This document shows positions 19,116 through 29,100 of a DNA stretch of 64,000 nt, one piece after another. A model generated the notes under the pieces. That model was not told where the DNA came from. It searched no databases and saw only the letters and a list, made by a program, of their open reading frames with translations. A program made the translations under genes and the position numbers. Source of the stretch: an uncultured Bacteroides sp. (lineage in GTDB: Bacteria > Bacillota > Clostridia > Christensenellales > CAG-917); assembly GCA_964644355.1 (NCBI GenBank), contig CAZXUW010000002.1, forward strand, positions 41,254-105,253, given 5' to 3'. Positions within the stretch are counted from its first letter, which is position 1. The number at the start of each line of letters is the position of its first letter.

Positions 19116-19143
19116 TCCCGACCGAATAAAAATGCGGTCGGGA
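19116..19143 (-). promoter_or_regulatory. intra-operon stem-loop between oppA and oppB
   Basis: Perfect 9-bp stem TCCCGACCG...CGGTCGGGA in the 115-nt oppA-oppB spacer, with no U tract on the sense strand. This is consistent with an mRNA-stabilising or attenuating hairpin. Confidence 0.5.
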
Positions 19144-19189
19144 AAGGCTTTTTTTGTTAGATTTTATATAGATTTCTCAATTGAGTTTA

Positions 19190-21805
19190 TCAATTGTAAT
19201 CAACTTCCCAAATTCTGTCTGAAGGACTTGAATATTTGAGATCGTCACTCAAGTTGAGTGTGGAAGAATTGATGAGGTCCTTGTTGTAGACCACAAGATC
19301 CTTTCTTTGGTAGGTTGGGAATTCAACTGCAAGGTCCATGATCAAATCAAGTGCATCAGCATAGATACCTGCTCTCTCGTCCTTGCTGTTTGTCTCTCTA
19401 CCTTTATCGATAAGATCAGAAAGCTCATCGATAATAATTTTCTCTTTATCATACGTACCACTGCTGTCGTTGAGGATACCGTCATAGTTCCAGTTCTTGA
19501 CGTTGGTCGTCTTGCTGTCCTTGTGATAGATTTGATACATATCCGGATCGATTGTTGATGACCATGCAGCTGCCCACACTTCAAGTCCGCCCGTAGAGAG
19601 CTTCTTGAGAGCTTGAACGTCCGTGCCAACCGTGATTTCAAATCCATGTGCTTCAAGGAGTTTTTCAGCAGATAAGAACATTGAGTATGCCGGGTGATCG
19701 GTTGTATCGCCTGCGATTGTGAACTTAAACTTGAGTTTCTTGCCATTCTTCACGTAGATGCCGTCACTACCCTTTGTATAACCGGCACTTTCAACAAGCT
19801 TTTCAATCTCCAATCCTGTTGCATCATAATCATAGTACGGTCTGCAGTTGGTAGGATATGCCCAAGAGAGTTTGCTCATTGGTCTATAGATGGTTTCAGC
19901 CATTGTTCCGCCATAGTACGTTCCAATGATAGACTCTGTGTTGAATGCCATCATAATGGCTTGTCTAACTTCTTGATCAGGCACGTATTTGGGGTTGATA
20001 CCAACGTAGCCGTAACCGCTTGTCTTGTACTCGATTGAGCCGAGAGTGCTCTCTTGTGCAATTTTCTCTTTGTTTTGCGGAGTTGCCGACGGTGTACCAT
20101 AGTCAATAGCACCCGTGATCAAGTTGTTAATGATATTGTTTTCGCTCATTTCAATGTACGTGAGTCTTCTGATCTTGGCATTGCAGATGCCCTTGCCAAG
20201 TGTTTCAAAATAGTCATTACGTTCAAAGTAAACTTGCTTGTTGCTCCAGAAGTCTTTTGCCACAACTTTTGATGGATCCGCACTTGCGTTGCCGTCTTTG
20301 TTGCTTGCTCTATATGCACCTGCACCAACAGGGAGTGCGTTCTTTGCAGGAGAGTTGAGCACCTTGTCAAAGAAGTCCTTGTCACGAGCCTTCACGCCAT
20401 ACGGATAATCCGTCTTGTTTGCAATTGTTTCTGTATCAGAATAATAGTGCATCGGTGCAACTGCAAATGCAAAGCTCCAGATAGCCTTGGGGTCAATGCC
20501 GTTGATGGTGATTGAAAGCACGTCGTGCTCCTCTGTGAGTTGAATCTTGTTCACGCCGTTGAAAGATGTGACTTTCTTGGTTGTGATACCGCTGATGCTC
20601 TTAACACTGCCTGTTTGATCCGCATAGTGTTTTGATTGCTCCTCAAGCGTCCATTCCTCTGCAATGTTTGTACCTGTGCTTGTACCTTGCAAAATGTTTG
20701 CAATATTGCTTGCTATTGCATCGTCACCGGCATTTGATTCATACACGTAGTTGATTGCTGTATCCTTCTTGATGAGTTCAACTGCATCTTCTCTGCTACA
20801 ATTGTTTTCACTCATGTATTGTGCAATCAAGTCTTCATTTGTGCAAGCTTCATATATCGGTGCAGCATAACTTGAAACATGTTCCGTATCAGGATAGTAG
20901 TTACCGTCAATCTCGATATCGAGTTCCGTCACGTACTTTCCGTTTATTTTAAGAGGGATTTCCTTTTGATGCTCATTCAATACGTAAACGTAATCAAACA
21001 TGCCCTCAATCAAATAGAATGATTGCCAATCTTCTGTGAAGTTGTATTCTTTATAATCAGATTCAATCGTACCTTGGTTTGTTGTCCAATCCGTATTGAT
21101 ATCTTTTTTATATCTTTCTTGAACGGCTTTGATGTCATTCTTCATTTCATCGGTGAGTTCTTCGTCTTTGATTTCACCTTCGTTCCATTGAATGAGATTT
21201 TCAATTCTTTGCAATGCCTTATTACGGAACGTTGCTTCACCGATTGTTGCATTGTCGCTGAGGGTGATGTCATTGTAACGATATGCCTTCAAGCCTTGAA
21301 TATCAACAGAATAAATTGTGGAAGAACCGCTGTACATTGGATCGAGATAAACGTAGAGGTTGAAAAGCACGTCATCGATCGTGAGTGGTTGTCCGTCACT
21401 GAACTTGATGCCGTTTTTGATGACAAACTCATACGTTGTATGATCTGTATCCTTACCGCCGTTCACCACTTCACCGTTTGCATTGTATGAGGTGATGCTG
21501 TAGTCCAAAGCGACTGTAGGCACGTTTTCACCACATTCGATTTCACCTTCATTGCTCGTTGACAACATACCAACTTGTGTGAAGTGTGCAATTGTCGAGT
21601 CTGTAGCACTGGTTGTGAAGAACGGGTTAAACGTTCCGTCCAATGCACTTATAGAAAACGTGATGGGGCGTTCTTCAGAATTATATTTTTTCTCACCGGG
21701 AGTCACGTCTCCGTCATCGTTACATGCAAACAACGCAAGGCAAGTAGACATAACCACTGCCAATGCGATAACCATGCATATAACCTTTTTCATGTTATTC
21801 TTCAT
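19190..21805 (-). CDS. oppA: family-5 (OppA-like) substrate-binding lipoprotein, enlarged to 871 aa
   Basis: Lipobox LFAC. SBP_bac_5-like segments are spread over a protein about 330 aa longer than typical OppA. It lies directly upstream of oppBCDF. AGGAGG is 9 nt before ATG 21805. Confidence 0.8.
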   Translation of the reverse strand: MKNNMKKVICMVIALAVVMSTCLALFACNDDGDVTPGEKKYNSEERPITFSISALDGTFNPFFTTSATDSTIAHFTQVGMLSTSNEGEIECGENVPTVALDYSITSYNANGEVVNGGKDTDHTTYEFVIKNGIKFSDGQPLTIDDVLFNLYVYLDPMYSGSSTIYSVDIQGLKAYRYNDITLSDNATIGEATFRNKALQRIENLIQWNEGEIKDEELTDEMKNDIKAVQERYKKDINTDWTTNQGTIESDYKEYNFTEDWQSFYLIEGMFDYVYVLNEHQKEIPLKINGKYVTELDIEIDGNYYPDTEHVSSYAAPIYEACTNEDLIAQYMSENNCSREDAVELIKKDTAINYVYESNAGDDAIASNIANILQGTSTGTNIAEEWTLEEQSKHYADQTGSVKSISGITTKKVTSFNGVNKIQLTEEHDVLSITINGIDPKAIWSFAFAVAPMHYYSDTETIANKTDYPYGVKARDKDFFDKVLNSPAKNALPVGAGAYRASNKDGNASADPSKVVAKDFWSNKQVYFERNDYFETLGKGICNAKIRRLTYIEMSENNIINNLITGAIDYGTPSATPQNKEKIAQESTLGSIEYKTSGYGYVGINPKYVPDQEVRQAIMMAFNTESIIGTYYGGTMAETIYRPMSKLSWAYPTNCRPYYDYDATGLEIEKLVESAGYTKGSDGIYVKNGKKLKFKFTIAGDTTDHPAYSMFLSAEKLLEAHGFEITVGTDVQALKKLSTGGLEVWAAAWSSTIDPDMYQIYHKDSKTTNVKNWNYDGILNDSSGTYDKEKIIIDELSDLIDKGRETNSKDERAGIYADALDLIMDLAVEFPTYQRKDLVVYNKDLINSSTLNLSDDLKYSSPSDRIWEVDYN

Positions 21806-21836
21806 TATGTTAAACCTCCTAGGGGTTAAGTTTTTC

Positions 21837-23126
21837 TTATTCAATTACGTTTAGAGTCGGTGCCAAAACAACTTCTATGTCTGCATTTTCACCGCCTACG
21901 TACAATGGGCATTGCGTTTTGTCGTCGGGCACATTTTTCCAAGAAGAATTGTTACTTCTCAAATTGACCTTCATTGCTCCGCCATCGACGACAACGTTTG
22001 TGATTGTCGAGTCATTTGCAATATCGTTTGCAAGGAAATGTGCTGTCAACTTAGCGTTCCTGTTTGCAACAAGGTTTACCCTAAAATCTTTCAATGTGAT
22101 ATTTTCAATCACTGCACCGCTTGCAATTTCACCAAATATTGAAACGCTGTTGTTTTTAATTCCGCCAGCCTCGAAAGTGAAACCGCTCACAGTGAAGCCG
22201 TTGCCCTTTATCATGCCCGAGAATGTTGTATCCATGAGGAGCGTTATCACTTTATCGCTTCCGTCAATATTGTTCTTGATGTAGTATTTGCCGTTGTTGT
22301 TTTGCTTTCTAAAGATGCCCGCAAAATCATCCACCGTCTCAACAACCGTCCATTCGGATGGCAAATACTTTGCATAAACGACAATATCTTCATCTCCACC
22401 TGTTCTGTAAATCGGCCACTCAACGGGAGTTGTGCACTCTGCATCTGAGTAGTATCCAACAAATGAATAATTATTTGCCTTTCCGCTAAGAGGATCACTA
22501 CTACGTTCGCTTACGTATTCATAGATGCCAAAATCTTCCGATTTGATGACGTATTTTGCCTCATGTTCAGTGGGGTCTTCATCGTCTGCAAGCTCTTTGT
22601 ATGCAAGCTTTGTGATTGATGTATCATCCAGCGTGTACACAAGCTTATTATCAATGAGACTCTCGCTTGCAAGCACGTATTTGATACTTTGATTCTTCAC
22701 CCATTTTGCATAAAGCTCTATCGCATCACCGGCCTTTGCCACGTATGCGGAAAAGTCGAATGCATCACCAAGCTCCACAAGGTTGGTACGCTCATTATAC
22801 TTCAATGAGCCGTCCTCGTTCTTTTGCGGATAATACCAGCCCTGAAGCGTATAGTTCTCTCTCACCACGGAAAAGGTGCCGTCTTTCTTTTCGCCAATGC
22901 CAACGTTGAACGCCTTGTCTCCGTCCTTATAGTAGACGTCGGCAGAAAGCAACGCATTGTTGTCATTGACAAATCCACCGTTTGCATGGTAGGTTATCTT
23001 GGCACTCAAGCCATATTGGTTGAGCTTATCCTCGAGCGTGTCGTTGAGCTGACAAGCAGTCAATATCGACGCTAGGATAACAAGCATAACCACCAACAAA
23101 CATATTTTTCTCGCTTTGGAATTCAT
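21837..23126 (-). CDS. lipoprotein with Listeria-Bacteroides (InlB B-type) repeats and a beta-helix-like C-terminus
   Basis: Lipobox LTAC. ITYHANGG...YTLQGWYY and YSFVGYYSD patterns match the repeat family. Confidence 0.7.
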   Translation of the reverse strand: MNSKARKICLLVVMLVILASILTACQLNDTLEDKLNQYGLSAKITYHANGGFVNDNNALLSADVYYKDGDKAFNVGIGEKKDGTFSVVRENYTLQGWYYPQKNEDGSLKYNERTNLVELGDAFDFSAYVAKAGDAIELYAKWVKNQSIKYVLASESLIDNKLVYTLDDTSITKLAYKELADDEDPTEHEAKYVIKSEDFGIYEYVSERSSDPLSGKANNYSFVGYYSDAECTTPVEWPIYRTGGDEDIVVYAKYLPSEWTVVETVDDFAGIFRKQNNNGKYYIKNNIDGSDKVITLLMDTTFSGMIKGNGFTVSGFTFEAGGIKNNSVSIFGEIASGAVIENITLKDFRVNLVANRNAKLTAHFLANDIANDSTITNVVVDGGAMKVNLRSNNSSWKNVPDDKTQCPLYVGGENADIEVVLAPTLNVIE

Positions 23127-23174
23127 GATTATTTATCTCCATCCTCTACGTTCTTCGTATTTTTAGACCGATTG

Positions 23175-26100
23175 TTATTCACAATCCGCATCATTATCGC
23201 TATCTTGCTTTTTTGAACCAAGCTTATTCTGCTTTTTGAGCACCAATAGGACTGCCACAACAATGATTGCAACGCCCACGATAGGCACAACAACGTACAC
23301 TGCGATCATTGCGTCTGCGGATGAGTCACCATTGTTTGTATCGTTGGAGTCAATCTCACCGCTATTTCCACCGCTTGATTGATTGCCATCGTTTCCGCCT
23401 TCGCCCTCGATTGACGAGCTTTCGCTGACGTAAATTCTAACAATAAACTCAATGCCCATTTCGGTATCTTCAAAGCTTACCGTTTGCATGTAAGATTGGA
23501 GCGGACCATCTGTCAAAAGCTTCAAGTTTGCGCTGTCCACAACGTCTGTTGAGCCGTCTGTGTATATGCGGTTGACAACAATGCCGGTTGGATCGAACGT
23601 CTCGCCTGCAATGTATTCTTTCTTGTAGCTTCCGTCCACTGCAAGGTGCTGTTTGATGTCAACTTTGATGCCGTATGACTTCTTGATTGCACGCATCGTA
23701 AGCTCGGTCTTGTTGAGCTTTTCAACAAGTGTATCGTCAATAAACTTGAGTTGCTCTGCATCTTTGATGTTGCCGTAAAGACGTCTTGCCTCTTGCACGA
23801 TATTCGAGAAGTTTTCAACGTCTTTCTTATAAGATGTTGTATCGCCGGCTTCCGCCTTTGTTTGCCACTCTTTGAGCAAAGCATCCGTGTATGCCTCAAA
23901 CATCTCCATTTGAGCAAGGAAGCTTGTCGTTGTCTCGTCTTTGACCGTTTGAGTCTTGTTGACGGTGCCAAAATATCTTGAATACACGTAGTTGTTGTAA
24001 CCAACGCCGTTGATCGGATGATAGATTGTCAACGGGCTTGTTTGACCGACAAGCGTGGTGAAATACACAAACAACTCATTGAAGTTTGAATAATAATATG
24101 CATTGATTGACGGCTCTGCCATGTAGTTGCCGTATTCTCCTGCAATTTCTTCAACTTCGACTTTGTATACGGTTTCAAGTGTTGGAGCGTTCAAAGAATT
24201 GAATGTATATTCCGTGATTCCGCTCTCATAGAATGCACTGTCACCGATGTTGTTCAACGAGTACGGCATCACAACGTGTGTCACACCAAGCTCGTCATCA
24301 GCCTTGTCGTTGCCTATGCCCGCAAATGCGTATGCGTCTACTCTTACTGTATTATCAATAATTGTATATACCTTATTATCAATAACTTTGGTTGCCGGAT
24401 AAAGGATAAGCTCATAACCGCCGTTTGCCACGTTTCTGTAAAGCACTCCGTCGTTCACAAAGAACACATTGTTGCCCTCTGCAATGGTGATACTCTCAAG
24501 CTTTGAGGTATATGCAAATGCGCCATAGCCGAGCAAATTGAGTGAGAGAGGCAATTCAATGGTCGTGATGTCAGAGCCATAGAATGCCATAATGCCGATT
24601 TCTTCAACAACCGAAAGATTGATGGATTTGATGCCACCCTTCTCGTTTGCAAGCATAAAGGCTCCGTCACCGATTGAAATTGCCGATGACAAATCTATGT
24701 CTCCAAGTGCGTTGCAGTTGTAGAATGCATAACCTGCAATCTCCTCAATCGTGGACAAGTCGATTGTCTTGAGCTTGCCACAATTCATAAACGCATACTC
24801 GCCGATTTGCTTTACTCCGCCCAAAACAACCTCTTCGAGGTTGGAGCAACCGGAGAAGCAGAATTCGTCAATCTCTTTGATGCCACTGCCAAGCACAACT
24901 TTCTTCAATTTGCCAAGTCCCATAAAGGTGTATTGACCAATTGTTGTTGCCTTATCACCGAACACAACGGTGGAAACTGCAGATTTTGCAAACACGGCGT
25001 CACCGACTTCCTTAACTGCAGGAAGTGTGATGGAATCAAGAGCCGTTGTGTTCATAAACACGTAATCACCAAGCGTGCTCAAGCTGTCCGTAAACGTGAT
25101 AGATGCAAGCTGGATGCAATCGGAGAATGCATAGTCGCCTACGCTTTCAACACCGCTCAAATCAATGCTTGAGAGCGAAGTCTTTGCAAATGCGTAATCT
25201 CCAATGCTCTTGACGGAAGTCGGAAGTGTGATTGCAATCAAGTTGGTGTAGCTGAACGTATCTTTCTTTATTTCAGTGATGCTGTTACCTTGAATTTCGA
25301 TTTTGGCAAGCTTAGATTGCTTGAAAGCACCAACTCCGATATTTGTCACCGTTTCCGGTATAACGATAGACGTTACGCTTGAATTTGCAAACGCATAGTC
25401 ATATATGCTCGTCACCGTTTCGGGTATTGTTACAGATGTAACGGAAGCATCCAAAACTGCAAGGAGCGTTGTCTTATCTTTGTTGTAAAGCACTCCGCCC
25501 TCGATAACGTATTGCGACTCGTCGCTCAACTTCACGTTCAAGCCCGAGAGCAATCCGCTTGCAAACACGATTTGTTCATAATCGAAGGATGCAGGGAGAG
25601 TTATGCTTGTAAGTGACGTTGCACCTGCAAAGATGTCAACACCGATTTCAGTCAAACCGTTTGGAAGTTTGATTGTGGTGAGTTTAGTCTTTTCAAATGC
25701 CTTGTCGCCGATCTTTATAACGTTGCAATCGTCCGCAAAAGTGATCTTGCTCAAACCGCTGTTGCTGAATGCTCTCTCCTCAATGACGAAGTTTTCACCG
25801 CTTACGCCGTTTATCGTCACGCTATTGAGATTCTTACAATTGCTGAAGGCATATGCACCGATAACAGAGTTGTTCAAGGTCACATTCTTCAAAGACTTGC
25901 AACCCTCAAACATATTATCACCGATTGCGGTAAATTGCCCCGTCAACACTTCATTGATGGAAGTACAATTCTTGAACACACCATAGCCTGCAACTTGCAT
26001 ACCGGTGAGGTCGATGCTTGTGAGTGACGTGCAGCCCTCAAATGCGGTCTCGTATGCAGAACCGATTGCCTTCATATTCTTGATTTTGCTAAGAGATGAG

Positions 26101-29100
26101 CAATTCTTGAATGAATTGACAGCAACCGTGATAACCTTGACGTTTGTCAAATCAAGCAATTCAAGCGAACTACAGCCCTCAAATGCGGAACGATAGACAA
26201 GTTTCAAGTCCGCATCGGGGATTTCTTCTTGCACTTTGCTCACAAGATACACTCTCTCAAGAGCAGAGCAGTTTCTGAAAGCACCCTCGTAGATGTTGAT
26301 TACGGTCTTTGGAATGATGACTTCTTCCATTGTGGAATTGTCTTTGAATGCATCCTCACCGATATACATAATCATTTCATCATCGGGGATGTCAACACTC
26401 TTATCTTTACCTCTATAATGCGTGAGCGTATAGCCGGACACGACAAACGGATCGAGAACGTTGATTCTGATAGTTGCTCTAAAGCTTGAATCCGTGCCGT
26501 CCTCTCTAAGCAAAATAGCCTCGACGCTTGCCTTGCCCTTCTTGATGAGGTCAAGTTTTCCGTTTTGATCAACGGACACGATTGAGGAGTTGGTGGACTC
26601 CCATCTAAGCTTGACTTTGCTTTGCGGATAATACCACGGATCTGTTTTTACGCTAAGCGTAATATCCTGATCGGGATAGAGTGAAACGTTGTCGCTTGCA
26701 GACAATCTATCATCGTTGTTGACAATTGTCTTGAAGGAAATGGACGGCAAATCCAACTTTCTTTCAACGTCGCTCACGTTCACTTTGATCTTCTTATATT
26801 CACCGTTGCCGGATTTAACCTGAATGTTTGTGCTACCCTTGGACAAACCGACGATTTCACCGTTCTTGACGTCTGCGATATTCTTGTTTTCGGAATCCCA
26901 AGTGAAGTTTGAGATATTTGCATCTCCGCTATACACCAATGACACTTTGTGTGTTTGATAGATGTCGAGATTGATTTCGCTCTCGCCTTCTGCAAGCTCA
27001 AACGTATCCGGAGTTGCGTTTCCTTCTGCCTTTTTCAAGTCGATGCGGTAAACGGAATGGTTCAACGCATAGTCGTCAAATTGCACGTAAAGGTTATCGC
27101 CGTACTGCTCGTAAATATTCGTTATTTCAATAGATATTGTATTTGTACTGTTCTTCACAAAGTTATAGAACGGCACAACGTAATCCGTGACTTGCTTAAG
27201 CTCGTTTGCATTGCTGTCAAAGTAGCAAAGCAATGCCGCTTGTGCATAGTGGTTGTCGTATACATCCATATCGAGATATATACGTTGCTTTTGTTTATTG
27301 TCCTCTTTGTAGTCTTGATATCTAACTCTAACTTCCCTAAGAGATGGAGCCTCATAGTCACAGTAGAACGTGAAAGAGTACGTATCGTCGGGCGTTGTTC
27401 TGTTATCATCGCCGAAGTCGCAATAGAATTCAAAATCCATGCGATATTTTCCGTTTGAAACCATGTTGTATTCAAGCGGATCGATTTCAAACTTCAAATA
27501 GCCCGGAACGGTATTTCCGCCGCCGGAATATGCCTTATTTACACGATAAGCAGTGTTTTCATAAAGCACTTCACCTGTTGCCTCGTCCACTAGGCAGTAA
27601 TCCACCTTTCTTGCACCACGCATAAGTCCAAGGTAAAGACCTCTGAATTGATAAGTTGCCAAATAGTTTTCAACATTATCTTCACCATAGAATTGGTCGA
27701 AGCAAGAAATTGCGTTGTGCTCCATGGTTGTATACACTCTGTCGGCATTCTCGTCTTGCAAGTATGCAAAAGAGCCCATCGGCATGGAGAAACGATCGTT
27801 GTAGTATTTTGTATATGGTTGAGTTGCCCAGCTACTTGCTTGAGGCTTATCCTCGTCGTCGATAGAGGAATCTGCCAATGCCTCGTCAATGTAGTAAGCA
27901 TCGTTGATATGCACTTTTTCGTACTTACCCTCGTCATTTATTTGATAAGTGTAGTCCAAAATAGGAACTTTTGCCCAATCGCCATAGAAGCCGAGGAATG
28001 GCAGATTGAGGTTGCATTGTCCGCTTGTTTTGCTGACAAGATTGACAAAGCCCTCAACGTACATACCGTTTCTGAAACTATCGTCGATATATTTCTTTTC
28101 CGCATCGGAAAGCGTAAATCTAACCGTGATTTCTGCATCTGCACCGCTCTCAACCGTGAGGATATTTTCGCTTATGTTTGCACCCACACCGCTCACACTG
28201 AAAATCGGCTTCACGTCATCGAGAATATATGCTTGCTCTGCAACGGCAAGTTTGTTGCTTGCAATTCTTTCCGTCATGAAAATTGGATTGAATTCAAATG
28301 ACAAACTGCTCTCACCGAAGTTCTTGATTTTGAAAGTGACATCATAAGTACCAGTTTTATTTGGATCGTCACCAAGGTTCGCTTTTGGACGATAGTCGAT
28401 AGAAGCATCGGTGGTATAAAGATACGCATTTGTCGAGATAGCGTTTGCAAGACTTCCCAAGCCTGCACCCTGCTTTCTCGGAGAATACGGAAGGGTGTCA
28501 CGATCCATGACGATGGTTGCCGTGCTCATGACAAGCTGATTGATGCGTTGTGTAAGTTCCGTCTGTGACAATTCTTCACGAGCTTTGAGATAGCCTCTAA
28601 CGATGGACACGACACCTGCCATGTTCGGAGATGCCATACTTGTACCGCTCTGCTCGCCATAGCCACCGGGAACTGCAGAGGTGATTTCTCCGCCGTGTGC
28701 AGTGATTTCCGGCTTAAGCTTCAAGTCAGGAGTGACACCCCAAGAGGAGAACTCGCTCATAAACGGACCTGCAGACAAGCTCTTGTCAACGACAATCTTG
28801 CCCGTTCTGCTGTGTTGAGACGCATAAGTCGCAAGCACTTCACCGACTTCCATATTTATACAGCATGACGGAATTGGATCTTCCACTTCACCAAGTGCCA
28901 TTCTCACGACACCTGAAACGTTGTTGTAAACGATGATGCCGATTGCACCCGCTTTCTTTGCATTTTCAACCTTCTCTTTGAAGGTGATACCGCCACGCTT
29001 GACAAGTGCGATATTGCCTTTGACCTTATTCTTTACGCCGGAGTTGTTGAAGTCCGTAACTCTGCCCGTGCCGGGAATGGATACGTAGGTAAATTCTGCT

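Noticed and set aside
27648-28301. Long antisense or overlapping ORFs inside large genes. Examples: 27648-28301, 15486-16037, 8695-9246, 33601-34233, 45493-46056, 51070-51666 and 53458-54000.
   Set aside because: Each lies wholly inside a gene with clear family motifs. None has an SD sequence, and their translations are low-complexity. I treat them as spurious.
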